Source: Acidobacteriota bacterium
GTDB lineage: Bacteria; Acidobacteriota; Terriglobia; Bryobacterales; Bryobacteraceae
Length of the DNA stretch: 61,802 nucleotides
Direction of reading: 5' to 3'
Assembly: GCA_005808865.1 (NCBI GenBank)
Contig: SYKU01000246.1
Span: 1 to 61,802, forward strand
In this document: positions 46,848-56,525 of the stretch, piece after piece
How positions within the stretch are numbered: the first letter of the stretch is position 1
Layout of the letters: each line of letters opens with the position of its first letter
Notes under the pieces: model-generated
What the model was told of the DNA's origin: nothing
Databases searched by the model: none
Seen by the model: only the letters and a program-made list of their open reading frames with translations
Program-made: the position numbers and the translations under genes

Positions 46848-47121
46848 TAACCTTTACGTTTTCGTGTTGGCCGGCTTCATCGGATTTGAGGTCATTCGCC
46901 GCGTATCGCCATTGCTCCACACGCCTCTCATGTCACTGACGAATGCACTGGCAGCCATCGCCGTGGTCGGCGCAATCGTTCTTGCGGGGGAGGAGAAGAG
47001 CACTCTCGCTACGGTCCTGGGCACGCTCGCTATCGTGGCAGCCACGAGCAACGTGGTTGGTGGATTTATTATCACGGATCGCATGCTTAAGATGTTCAAG
47101 CTGAGCCGGAAAAAGCCCTGA
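46831..47121 (+). CDS. NAD(P) transhydrogenase subunit alpha, part 2 (membrane)
   Basis: GAGGAAAG precedes the GTG at 46831. The 96-aa product has three TM segments (FVLAGFIGFEVI.., TPLMSLTNALAAI, GGFIITDRML). Confidence 0.8.
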   Translation: MTELLSNLYVFVLAGFIGFEVIRRVSPLLHTPLMSLTNALAAIAVVGAIVLAGEEKSTLATVLGTLAIVAATSNVVGGFIITDRMLKMFKLSRKKP

Positions 47122-47123
47122 CC

Positions 47124-48515
47124 ATGGACCTGCCTGGCAGCCATCTGATTGAGATCGTCTACCTGGCGGCGGGCGTTCTTTTTATCCTCTCGCTAAAGTG
47201 GATGAGCTCGCCGGACACCGCCCGGCGGGGAGTCTGGGCCGGCGAAATAGGGATGCTGCTCGCCATCTGCGGGACGCTCCTTCACCACGGGATTGTGGAC
47301 TATCGATGGATAGCCGCCGGACTGGTGCTGGGATCGATCATCGGCGCGCGCCTGGGCCAGGTCCAAATGACTGCCGTCCCTCAGCGAACGGCGCTCAGTC
47401 ATGCTTTCGGCGCGCTGTGCGTCACGCTCGTCGGGACGGCTGAATTCTATCTGCGAGCGCCTGATGTTCCGGGATTCACTATGGCGGTGCTTACCCTTGA
47501 AGTCCTCCTCGGGTCGCTGACGTTTACGGGCAGCCTGATGGCGGCCGGGAAACTCCAGGAGATCCTTCCTCAACGCCCCATAACGTACAAGGGACAGAAC
47601 TTCGTGAATCTCGCCCTTCTCGCTTGCGCCATCGGCGCAGCTGCGATGCTGTCCGCCGATCCGAGCCAGACATATCTCTTCCCGGGAATCCTCGCAATGG
47701 GGCTCGCCTTCGGTGTACTCATGGTTACTCCCATTGGCGGAGCGGATATGCCGACAGTGATCTCCCTGCTGAATTCGTATGCCGGCCTTTCCGCGGCGGC
47801 CATGGGTTTCGTCCTCGGCAACAAGCTTCTGATTGTCGCCGGCGCGCTCGATGGTTCATCGGGCTTCATCCTCTCCGTGATCATGTCGAAAGCCATGAAC
47901 CGCTCCTTCACGAACGTCCTTTTCGGAGCCTTCGGCCAGGTTCAGACCGCGGGGGCCGCCGCAGGCGAAGCGAAACCGGTTCGGAGCGCGACTGCGGAAG
48001 AGGCCGGCTCCATACTTTCCTCCGCCGGAAAAGTCGTGATTGTTCCGGGGTACGGAATGGCCGTGGCTCAGGCGCAGCACAAGGTGCGTGAGCTCTACGA
48101 CATCCTCGTCAAACAGGGAGTGGACGTGAGCTTTGCCATCCATCCGGTAGCCGGAAGAATGCCCGGGCACATGAACGTCCTTTTGGCGGAAGCCGATATT
48201 CCTTATGACAAACTTCATGACATGGACGAGGTCAACCCGGAGTTTCATCAAACGGACGTAGCACTGATAATTGGAGCAAACGATGTCACGAATCCCGCGG
48301 CGCGAACCGATCCGTCGAGCCCAATCTACGGAATGCCAATTCTCGACGTCGATGGAGCGCGCGTCGTGATGGTGGTAAAGCGCGGCATGAGTCCAGGTTT
48401 CGCGGGAATCGACAACCCGCTGTACTACCTCGACAGGACGCTGATGCTTTTCGGCGACGCGAAGTCTTTTGTGGGCGCGATCGTCAGGGAGCTCTCCGGC
48501 GGCGGCCACCGGTAA
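47124..48515 (+). CDS. pntB: NAD(P) transhydrogenase subunit beta
   Basis: It has a polytopic N-terminal half. The dIII motifs are VVIVPGYGMAVAQAQH, AIHPVAGRMPGHMNVLLAEA and IGANDVTNPAA. Confidence 0.92.
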   Translation: MDLPGSHLIEIVYLAAGVLFILSLKWMSSPDTARRGVWAGEIGMLLAICGTLLHHGIVDYRWIAAGLVLGSIIGARLGQVQMTAVPQRTALSHAFGALCVTLVGTAEFYLRAPDVPGFTMAVLTLEVLLGSLTFTGSLMAAGKLQEILPQRPITYKGQNFVNLALLACAIGAAAMLSADPSQTYLFPGILAMGLAFGVLMVTPIGGADMPTVISLLNSYAGLSAAAMGFVLGNKLLIVAGALDGSSGFILSVIMSKAMNRSFTNVLFGAFGQVQTAGAAAGEAKPVRSATAEEAGSILSSAGKVVIVPGYGMAVAQAQHKVRELYDILVKQGVDVSFAIHPVAGRMPGHMNVLLAEADIPYDKLHDMDEVNPEFHQTDVALIIGANDVTNPAARTDPSSPIYGMPILDVDGARVVMVVKRGMSPGFAGIDNPLYYLDRTLMLFGDAKSFVGAIVRELSGGGHR

Positions 48516-48531
48516 CGCGGCGATTCGGCCT

Positions 48532-49302
48532 ATGCTCCTTTGCCCGGTTCGCGGCTGCAATTTGGCGCTGGCTCGTGAGGAGCGGCGGGTCCTCTGCCCT
48601 CGGGGACATTCCTTCGACGCGGCGCGAAGCGGCTACATTAACCTGCTCCAACCGCAAGACAAACGATCAAAGCGTCCCGGAGATACTGGAGCGGCGATCG
48701 CGGGGCGGCGAAGTCTGCATGATCGCGGCTTGACGGCACCCCTTAGGCGCGCGATCGGGGAGCTTGCGGCCCTGTCCTCGCAGGATATGGTCCTCGACGC
48801 CGGCTGCGGCGACGGCTTTTACCTCGGCGCGCTTGCCCGCGAGACCGGCTTCGACGCGCATGGTGTCGACATCTCGATTCCGGCTGTCGATGCCGCGGCG
48901 CGGCGTTACCCCGAGTGTGAGTGGATTGTGGCTAATGCCGATCGCTTGCTGCCCTATTCGCCCGGCTCGTTTTCGACGATTCTGTCGATTACCGCGCGGA
49001 TGAATCCGGGTGAATTCAGGCGTGTGCTGCGCGGCGATGGGCGTCTCCTCGTCGCCCTTCCCGCTCCCGACGATCTCATCGAGTTGCGCGGCGCGGGCCG
49101 CGACCGCGTGGCCCGAACCGTGGATGTATTCGCGGACAGCTTCAGGCTCTCCGATCGACGCCGCGCCGCTACCGTAGCGGATCTTGACGCTGATGCGGTC
49201 CTGGGGGTGTTGCATTCAATCTACCGGCCGATGCGATCCCGGCCAGTTGAAGCGATGAGGGTGACGTTTAGTCTGGATCTGCTCCTGTTCCGGCCGACGT
49301 GA
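48532..49302 (+). CDS. rlmA: 23S rRNA (guanine-N1)-methyltransferase RlmA-like
   Basis: The N-terminal Zn-ribbon is CPVRGCNLALAREERRVLCPRGHSFDAARSGYINLLQPQDKRS, similar to E. coli RlmA. Motif I is VLDAGCGDGFY. Confidence 0.8.
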   Translation: MLLCPVRGCNLALAREERRVLCPRGHSFDAARSGYINLLQPQDKRSKRPGDTGAAIAGRRSLHDRGLTAPLRRAIGELAALSSQDMVLDAGCGDGFYLGALARETGFDAHGVDISIPAVDAAARRYPECEWIVANADRLLPYSPGSFSTILSITARMNPGEFRRVLRGDGRLLVALPAPDDLIELRGAGRDRVARTVDVFADSFRLSDRRRAATVADLDADAVLGVLHSIYRPMRSRPVEAMRVTFSLDLLLFRPT

Positions 49303-49514
49303 TCGAGCGGCGGGACCGGTGGTCATGAAACTGAGCCCCGTTTTCGGACGGCAAAACTCCACCTCGTGAGAACCCGAATGAAATCGTAGCGGACATGCCA
49401 CCGAGCAGCCCTTGGCTTAGCGGCCGTAAACCGTGCCTGAAGGCTTCTTTTGCTTCTGCCAACCGATCCGGGTACCGGTTCGCTATCTCTTCGCTCCTGA
49501 TGTTGTTCCATTAC

Positions 49515-49663
49515 CCTGAAATCCGAAGTTTGACACTTAAACCAATTATTTTCAGCGGCTTGCAGGCTGGAAAGCCAACTTCGCCGAAGTTGGCTTTCCA
49601 CAGCGTAAACCATTCAAAATACGTCGGATAGTCTTTGAAATGATTGCAACTTCGGATTTCAGG
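49515..49663. mobile_element. MITE-like 149-bp element with perfect 16-bp terminal inverted repeats and a 5-bp flanking duplication
   Basis: The left TIR is CCTGAAATCCGAAGTT (49515-49530) and the right TIR is AACTTCGGATTTCAGG (49648-49663). ATTAC abuts both ends directly (49510-49514 and 49664-49668). The element is about 44% GC by my count, within GC-rich surroundings. Confidence 0.55.
49569..49599. repeat. Perfect 15+15 palindrome at the centre of the MITE-like element
   Basis: The sequence is GGAAAGCCAACTTCG-C-CGAAGTTGGCTTTCC. Confidence 0.9.
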
Positions 49664-49961
49664 ATTACACACACTTGCCCGGCGGGATTGATGTCTGGCG
49701 TGTAATTTGTAGCGGTTCTGCCGGCCCTGGAGGGCCTTCTCTTCATCGCGACAATGCGATGAGCCAGGGCGGCCGGCTCATCGTAGTAATTGTAAACATG
49801 ACGGTCCGGCTCACCGTAAGATTCTCCGGTCGGGGGAGGAAAGTGGAAGGACGCTTCCGGGCATCCGCGGCTCCTTTCTACTCCTCTGACGTCCGCGCCT
49901 TCAATAGCTGCCGGGAACTTTCTACAGCATGTACAGCAGGATGCTCTTGACCCAGATCGAC

Positions 49962-52900
49962 ATGCATGAAATAATCGCCGCCATGTATATTTTCGGTATT
50001 CTGGGGTCGTTGCTGCTCCTGACCTCGTCCGCGCTCTGGGCTCAGGCGTCCGACAGCGCGGCGATCATCGGCATGGTTAGCGATGCTTCCGGCGGTGTGC
50101 TACCAGGTGTCAAGGTCCGGTTGACGCACTCCGCCACGGGTACCACGTACACGACGGAGAGCAATGCGTCAGGTTATTTCCGGACGCCTCCGGTGCGCAT
50201 CGGTGAATACGTGATCGACGTCGAAGCACCGGGCTTCAAGCGAACCTCACGGCGTGGAGTTGTCCTCAGTATAGGCGACACGCGGCGCGTGGACATCATG
50301 CTCGAGGTCGGTCAGGTGAGCGAGCAGATTGAAGTGGCCGCACAGGCGCCACTGTTGCAGACTTCGGATGGTTCGGCCGGCAATGTGATGGAGAATCGCC
50401 AGATTTTGGAACTCCCGCTCAACGGAAGGGACTACCTCCAACTGGCGCGCATCTCGGCCGGCGTTGCGCCTCCGGCGCGCTCGGAATTCGGCAACATGCA
50501 GGGGATCAGCGTAGGAGGGTCACAGGCGACCCAGGTGAACTTCCTGATTGACGGCATCGACAACAACAACCAGTCGATTGCATCACAGGGGGATCAGAAG
50601 GAAGCGATCAAGCCGCAAATTGATGCTGTGGCCGAATTCAAGGTGGTAACCAACGCGTTCTCCGCGGAGTACGGCCGGTCCATGGGCGGTGTCGTGACGC
50701 TTACGACGAAGTCGGGGACGAATCAGTTCCACGGCACTGTGTTTGAGTTCCTGCGCAACGAGAGGATGGATGCCAAGAATTACTTCACGCCGCCAGGCCG
50801 GGCCAAGCCGCCATTCAAACGCAATCAATACGGATTCGCCGCGGGGGGCCCAGTGATCCGGAACAAGGTATTTTTCTTTGCCGACGCGGAATGGAGCAAG
50901 ATCCGCGAATCGAACAACGCCGTCCAGACTGTCCCGAACCCGACTGACCTCACAGGCGATTTTTCCCGTAACTCAACCCGGATCTACGATCCTTCCACCT
51001 ACAGCGCCGCGACGGGAACCCGGCAGCCGTTTGCCGGCAACGTAGTTCCGGCTAGCCGCGTGGATCCGGTTTCGGCGCGAGTTCGGTCCTTCTGGCCGGC
51101 GCCTCAGCTTGCGGCGGCGGCACGCAACTACACCTTTATCTATCCCCGCGTGAACGACCTCAACCGCTGGGATGTGCGTTACGACCAGACCCTGAACGAC
51201 CGCACTAACGCCTATTTCCGTTTAAGCGGTCAGCATACGTTCTCCGCACGTGTACCCGGGTTGCCAGACAGCGCGGACGGGCGCCACAAGCTTGGAAACG
51301 ACACGAATATCACCAACAGGCAAATGGCGCTCGTGCTGAATCGCGTGTGGAAGCCAAACCTGGTGATGTCCGTGCGCGGCGGATGGAGTTTCATCGAGAC
51401 TGCGGTGACCTCCGCGTTCAGCGCTCCGCTAAACCCCGAAGTTGGCATCAACATGCGCAACGGCCTGGACAGCGTGGTTCCGGGACTGTCGGGGCTCGGT
51501 GTCACCGGCTTCGCCGGACTGGGCGGAGGCGGCTTTAACTTTATCCAGTCACAGACCCGCCAGGTCTCCGGTGACGTCACCTGGACGAAGGGAAACCATA
51601 CCGTGAAATTCGGGCAGACAGTCTTGTGGTTACAGAGCGGTATCTTCAATCACGGGAGCGGACTCGGTGGATTCAGCTTCGACGGGCGCTTTACGGAGAA
51701 CCCAACACCCCGCGGCGGCGGCCTGCCGCTGGCGGACTTCCTACTGGGTACGGCATTTCAAATCACCAGCTCGAACTATCGCTACATGCAACTCCGGGCT
51801 CCTTGGTTTCAGCAATACGTTCAGGACGATTGGCGCATCTCTGACCGCTTGACCATCAACATCGGCCTGCGCTACGAACTCAATTTGCCGTGGGTGGAGA
51901 AGAACAACAAGATTGCGAACTTCGACATGGACACGGATCCGAACAATCCACGCTTCGTGGTTGCCGGAGCCGAGGGCGGAGGGCGGGCGGCCCGCGCGCT
52001 GGTAGCGACCGACCGCACCAACTTCGCGCCGCGCTTCGGCTTCGCGTACAAGGCGGGGCAGAACACGGTTGTCCGCGGCGGTTACGGACTCTTCTTCGGA
52101 AACATAATGAACACTGGCGGCGCGGAATTTATGGAAGTGAACCCGCCGGTGCACACGGCGGTGCTGTTCACCACCGACCGGCTCAATCCCACGTTGCTTT
52201 TGCGCGAAGGCGCGGCGCCGCTGTCGCCGCGCAACGCGCCGCCGGTTCTGCCCGCGTCGTTCGAGCGCAACGCACCGTGGCCGATCGCGCAGCAGTGGAA
52301 TCTTAACATCCAGCGGCAACTTCCGGGCGACGTGCTGTTCGAGATCGGTTACTTCGCCTCCAAGGGCAATCACATCGTCCGGCACATTAACCTGAACTAC
52401 GCCCGCCCCGGTCCGGGTGATATCAATTCGCGACGCCGCTTCCAGCGCGCAATTTTTCCGGGCACCGAACTCTCGGTGCCGCTGGCCTCCACGCATAGCT
52501 TCCGCAACGACGCCAATTCGATGTATCACGGTTTGCAAACCAAGGTCGAGAAGCGATTCGGCAAAGGGCTGAGCTTCCTAGGCTCCTACGCGTGGTCCCG
52601 CGCTATCGGCGACTATGCGTTTATTCCAGGGGAAGATCGCGCGCTGGGCGCCGACTGGCAGGTGCAGGATCCGCTAAACCTGCGCGCCGAGCGTTCGCTT
52701 CTGAACCAGCATCTGAAGCATCGTTTAGTCGCGAGCTACCTGTACGAGCTTCCCTTTGGACGCAGCCGGAAATGGGGCGCGAACTGGAATCGTGCCGCCG
52801 ACCTGGTGCTTGGCGGATGGATGTTCGGCGGCATCACCAGCCTGCTGACGGGGTCGCCGCTGAATGTTTCGGTGGTGGGGAATCCGTCGAATACGGGTGA

Positions 52901-53249
52901 CCTGGACCGGCCGGACGTAATTGGGGACTGGCGGTTGCCGGACAGCGACCGCCGCCCGGAGCGGTGGTTCAATACTTCGGCGTTTGCCCGAAATCAACCG
53001 TTCCGGTTCGGTAATGCCGGCCGCAACATTCTGGAGGGTCCAGGGATATCGAAATTCGATCTAACGATACATAAGGATTTCCGGCCCGCTGAAGGGTTCC
53101 GGCTGCAATTCCGGGCCGAAGCGTTCAACGCCTTCAACACACCGATCTTCGACGGGCCGAACCTGCAAGTGGGCAACGTGAACTTCGGAATCATTTCCAA
53201 TGCGGCTCCGCCGCGGATCATGCAGATGGGTTTGAAATTGATGTTCTGA
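49962..53249 (+). CDS. TonB-dependent outer-membrane receptor with an N-terminal CarboxypepD_reg domain
   Basis: It has a signal peptide and the motifs IIGMVSDASGGVLPGVKVRLTH and VDVEAPGFK. The plug motif is MQGISVGGSQATQVNFLIDGIDNN. The C-terminus is FRAEAFNAFNTPIFDGP..PRIMQMGLKLMF. The start is 49929, 49962 or 49983. Confidence 0.85.
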   Translation: MHEIIAAMYIFGILGSLLLLTSSALWAQASDSAAIIGMVSDASGGVLPGVKVRLTHSATGTTYTTESNASGYFRTPPVRIGEYVIDVEAPGFKRTSRRGVVLSIGDTRRVDIMLEVGQVSEQIEVAAQAPLLQTSDGSAGNVMENRQILELPLNGRDYLQLARISAGVAPPARSEFGNMQGISVGGSQATQVNFLIDGIDNNNQSIASQGDQKEAIKPQIDAVAEFKVVTNAFSAEYGRSMGGVVTLTTKSGTNQFHGTVFEFLRNERMDAKNYFTPPGRAKPPFKRNQYGFAAGGPVIRNKVFFFADAEWSKIRESNNAVQTVPNPTDLTGDFSRNSTRIYDPSTYSAATGTRQPFAGNVVPASRVDPVSARVRSFWPAPQLAAAARNYTFIYPRVNDLNRWDVRYDQTLNDRTNAYFRLSGQHTFSARVPGLPDSADGRHKLGNDTNITNRQMALVLNRVWKPNLVMSVRGGWSFIETAVTSAFSAPLNPEVGINMRNGLDSVVPGLSGLGVTGFAGLGGGGFNFIQSQTRQVSGDVTWTKGNHTVKFGQTVLWLQSGIFNHGSGLGGFSFDGRFTENPTPRGGGLPLADFLLGTAFQITSSNYRYMQLRAPWFQQYVQDDWRISDRLTINIGLRYELNLPWVEKNNKIANFDMDTDPNNPRFVVAGAEGGGRAARALVATDRTNFAPRFGFAYKAGQNTVVRGGYGLFFGNIMNTGGAEFMEVNPPVHTAVLFTTDRLNPTLLLREGAAPLSPRNAPPVLPASFERNAPWPIAQQWNLNIQRQLPGDVLFEIGYFASKGNHIVRHINLNYARPGPGDINSRRRFQRAIFPGTELSVPLASTHSFRNDANSMYHGLQTKVEKRFGKGLSFLGSYAWSRAIGDYAFIPGEDRALGADWQVQDPLNLRAERSLLNQHLKHRLVASYLYELPFGRSRKWGANWNRAADLVLGGWMFGGITSLLTGSPLNVSVVGNPSNTGDLDRPDVIGDWRLPDSDRRPERWFNTSAFARNQPFRFGNAGRNILEGPGISKFDLTIHKDFRPAEGFRLQFRAEAFNAFNTPIFDGPNLQVGNVNFGIISNAAPPRIMQMGLKLMF

Positions 53250-53313
53250 TCGAAGGTTGACTTCGCCCGGCGGCGGGCGTAGCGTGTCGCACGAAGATCC
53301 GCGCCCGGGCAGC

Positions 53314-54714
53314 CTACCGCGACGCTAGCGTTAGAGCCTCTTCGATTTCCGCTGCCAACTGCCGCTGGCCGAAGCGCCGGGCGGCGGCAAGAGCCTGTTT
53401 GCCGTACACGATTGCGTCCCGTGCGCGGCCGGCGCGCGCGCAGGCATCGGCGAGCGCGTAGAGACAGCGCGGCGTCTCGCTGTCTTCCACCGCCAGAGTC
53501 CGCGTCAGGTGGTTGATCGCATCGTCGAATCGGCCCGAGGCGGCATACAGACGCCCCAGATTCAGATTGGCGGCATGGTGGTGGGGCTGGACCTCAACCG
53601 CGTGCCGGTAGTGCTCCAGCGCTTGTGACGGCTTCCCCATTTGCTCCGCGAGGATACCGAGATTCAGGTGGGCGTCGAGAGAGTGGGCGTTCGCGACAAG
53701 GGCCGCGCGAAAGCTTTGCCCAGCTTCAATCTGGTTTCCCTGCATTGCCTGAACAACCCCCCAGTTGTTAAGAACTTCTTCGCCCGGCAGGCCAAGTTTT
53801 GCGATCTCCTCATAGCGGCGGAGGGCATCGGCGAAGCGGCCCAGACGGCCCTGAACGGAAATCAGATTCGCGTAAGCGCTGCGGGAAGAGGCGTCGAGCG
53901 CGATGGCTTGTTCGTACTCGGCGGCGGCCTCGGTTAGTTTGCCTTCGGTCTCGAAACGCCTGCCGCGGCTGAGATGCGTCTGGGGATCGTCGCGGAGGGC
54001 GCGAACGGCAGCTAGAAGTGGATCGGGCATCGGAACTTGCGTTGCGGTCGCCGACTGGGCCGTTTTGGACGCGAGCGCGGCGCGCGACGTGTCGTTCCGC
54101 TGCCTGTACAGTGCGGCTAGCGCGAGGTGGATCGGTGCGGCCTCGGGAGAGAGCGTGGCGGCTTCCTCATAGGACGCGATGGCCTCGGTCGTCCGTCCAA
54201 GTCCGGCCAGAGCGCGGGCCAACCGATAGCGCGCCGCAGGACTGCGCGGGTCGTGGAGGAGTGCTTGTTCGGAGGTTCGTCGGCTTCCTTCGCTGTCGCC
54301 CAACTCATGGAGAGACTCAGACATGTGAGCCCACAGAGGAGCCGAAGTCCGGTCGACTAGCAGGGCCTTCTCGAAGGATTTCAACGCTTCGGCATGAAGT
54401 CCAAGCGCGGCTTGGGCGGCGCCCAAATAGTAGAGCCACCGGAATTCATCCGGCGCCAGCGTCACTGCGCGCCGATAACACGACACGGCGCCCTCGAACC
54501 TCAGGTGGGCGTGCAGGAGCATCCCAAGTTCGCCGCTGGCAGAAGGGTCGCGAGGAGACTTCAGCGCACGATCCAGGGCATGCTGAACGCGCGCTTTGGA
54601 TGCCTTGCCAAAGGTGTCCGGTGAAACCTGCGGCAGTTCCGGGATCGGGCGGCCGCAGCCGGCGAGTATCCAAACGGCCGCGGCAAGCCGAGCGGTGATC
54701 CACGCGATAGCCAT
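53314..54714 (-). CDS. Tetratricopeptide-repeat lipoprotein
   Basis: It has the lipobox WILAGC and more than 10 TPR-like 34-aa units (A..Y..A..L.P....A..NLG). Confidence 0.8.
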   Translation of the reverse strand: MAIAWITARLAAAVWILAGCGRPIPELPQVSPDTFGKASKARVQHALDRALKSPRDPSASGELGMLLHAHLRFEGAVSCYRRAVTLAPDEFRWLYYLGAAQAALGLHAEALKSFEKALLVDRTSAPLWAHMSESLHELGDSEGSRRTSEQALLHDPRSPAARYRLARALAGLGRTTEAIASYEEAATLSPEAAPIHLALAALYRQRNDTSRAALASKTAQSATATQVPMPDPLLAAVRALRDDPQTHLSRGRRFETEGKLTEAAAEYEQAIALDASSRSAYANLISVQGRLGRFADALRRYEEIAKLGLPGEEVLNNWGVVQAMQGNQIEAGQSFRAALVANAHSLDAHLNLGILAEQMGKPSQALEHYRHAVEVQPHHHAANLNLGRLYAASGRFDDAINHLTRTLAVEDSETPRCLYALADACARAGRARDAIVYGKQALAAARRFGQRQLAAEIEEALTLASR

Positions 54715-55009
54715 TGTTACAGATTTTCACACACGGCGCGGGCTTGTGTGGGAACCAGGAAGGCGACGAACGGCTGTGAAGACGGCAAGATTGGCGCCCT
54801 CCACCAAGTCAGACGTCCAGAAAGATCGCCCGGCCCGCCGCGAGGTGCCCAGCGACGAGACCAGTTCCGGCGATCGTAAGGATCAAGCTCAAGAAACTGG
54901 TCCAAGTACGCCAGCCGGAGGACAAGGAATAGCACACCGGCGGGACAACTCGAACTACCTCGCTTTACAGGCGGCGCCACAACTAAATGACTGCGGCCGT
55001 ATTCCGCAC

Positions 55010-56518
55010 TCATTTCCTCAGGGGCGGTTTCCTCCCGCCATTCCACGTGTCCGGCTTGGGTGTATCGGGCGGCCAGTAGCCGTTTGGGTCTTCCTTCCAC
55101 TCCTTGCCGCAGAGCCGGGAGATCACTTTCCATTCCGCCGCGCCGAGATTCAAATCCGGGTGGTAAATGAAGCGCTTGAGCCCGGCCCCTTGGGACGCCA
55201 CCAATAGCCGGTGCAGATCGTGCGCCGGCATGGGATCGCCGGCGTGCGGATTGCGGCCCGTCGAAACCCAGGCGATCACCTTGTCCGGATCGCCAGTAGC
55301 CTCGATCGCCCGTTTCGTCTCGGAGAAAACCACCTCGTCGAAGAACGCGTCGGGGAAGCCGTTCTCCAGGTCGGCGAGCTTGCGAACCCCCGGCAACTGC
55401 AACCCGAACAGAACTTTCACTACCCCAAAACAATCTTCTTCCGTTAACGCCGGGTTCCACTCGCCAAGCGTCGCCACCCACCGCGCGATGGTGCCGTACA
55501 TGCCGTCAAATCCGCGATGCCAATAGTAGTGCTTCGGGAAAATAACATCGAAAAAACCGTGTGTCTTCTGGTAGTCCTGCGTCGTCAGCACGGAGAAGGC
55601 AGCCGACCTCGGGATGGTTCCAAGCTTTACCCGGCGTGGCAGCCCGTCCCACTGCTTCCGTATCGCCGCCATATTGCGCAAGGTGGATTCCTGACGCATC
55701 CGCATCCAAAAGAGCGTGTCTTCGTTGAGGTCGAAAAGCGATAAACCGCCGAGCATTCCTCCGCTCTGGTGGAACCGTACCAAGGATGGAGTGAGCGAGT
55801 GGAGACGGGAATTTAAGTGGTTCATACCCCGCTCCATCCGCGCTACGTCGAACCCCAGATGATTGTAGATTGCCCGATGATGGTCCCGGATTTCGAAGAG
55901 ATCTCCGCCATGGTGAAAGGATAGTTCGTAGTGGTGCTCCCCAGCGCCGTCGATGATGACTCCGCCCGCTTGCGGCAACGCGCGGAGAGTATCCTCCACG
56001 CCGGCGGCGAGCGAGACCGCCCCGAATGGATCCTGCGCGGCGGACTTCCGGCGGCCATAGTGGGCGGGGCCGAACAACATGATCTCCCATCCCCGGCTTG
56101 CAATATCGTCGAGCAACCCACGCAGTTGCTTTTCCTTCGCCGGGTCCAGGCGGACGTTTTCCGGAGGATCCACGCCATGCTTCCGGTAGATCGACGGGTC
56201 TGGCGCAAACGCCTGAATCGTCGCGCCCGCACGGCGGTAGGTGAAATCGAACTTCGGCTCTCCGTCCCAGAACCGGAGCGGACCGATGACGATTCCACGC
56301 ACACCGCCCTGATCCCACGCGTCCAGAATCCGGCGGTAATCGGTCAGCCACTGTTCGAGCGGCCAGATCATGTACATCCACGGAACCAACCGGGAAGTGG
56401 GCGGCACCTGAGCGCCGCCGGTTGCAACTCCCGCCGCGGCGAACAGCAACGTCCTGCCAAGTTGGCGGCGGTCCATGGGTGAGGCTGTTTGCCGTGAAGG
56501 GGTCATGAATGCTGCCAT
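55010..56518 (-). CDS. Hypothetical exported protein (Tat-like signal), possible TIM-barrel hydrolase-like fold
   Basis: The N-terminus is MDRRQLGRTLLFAAAGVATGGAQ. The ORF shows consistent codon usage over its 502 aa. I recognised no diagnostic catalytic motif. Confidence 0.5.
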   Translation of the reverse strand: MAAFMTPSRQTASPMDRRQLGRTLLFAAAGVATGGAQVPPTSRLVPWMYMIWPLEQWLTDYRRILDAWDQGGVRGIVIGPLRFWDGEPKFDFTYRRAGATIQAFAPDPSIYRKHGVDPPENVRLDPAKEKQLRGLLDDIASRGWEIMLFGPAHYGRRKSAAQDPFGAVSLAAGVEDTLRALPQAGGVIIDGAGEHHYELSFHHGGDLFEIRDHHRAIYNHLGFDVARMERGMNHLNSRLHSLTPSLVRFHQSGGMLGGLSLFDLNEDTLFWMRMRQESTLRNMAAIRKQWDGLPRRVKLGTIPRSAAFSVLTTQDYQKTHGFFDVIFPKHYYWHRGFDGMYGTIARWVATLGEWNPALTEEDCFGVVKVLFGLQLPGVRKLADLENGFPDAFFDEVVFSETKRAIEATGDPDKVIAWVSTGRNPHAGDPMPAHDLHRLLVASQGAGLKRFIYHPDLNLGAAEWKVISRLCGKEWKEDPNGYWPPDTPKPDTWNGGRKPPLRK

Positions 56519-56525
56519 CCAAGAA

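Noticed and set aside
49669-49928. A cobalamin or other riboswitch might lie in the long leader of the TonB-dependent receptor, around the GGAGGAAAGTGGAAGG region.
   Set aside because: No B12 box (..AGYCMGGAGACCKGCC..) or GCCACTG core was seen. There is only a 9-bp hairpin (CGATGAGCC..GGCTCATCG at about 49757-49783) of unknown meaning.
53264-53279. A GC hairpin (CGCCCG-GCGG-CGGGCG) lies between the convergent TonB receptor and TPR genes.
   Set aside because: It has only a 6-bp stem and no T/U tract on either strand. The evidence is insufficient to call a terminator.
54717-55481. A 254-aa minus-strand ORF spans the gap between the exported hypothetical gene and the TPR gene.
   Set aside because: Most of it overlaps the better-supported 55010-56518 ORF in another frame. 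The non-overlapping part (54717-55009) is Arg/Pro/Trp-rich with no motif.
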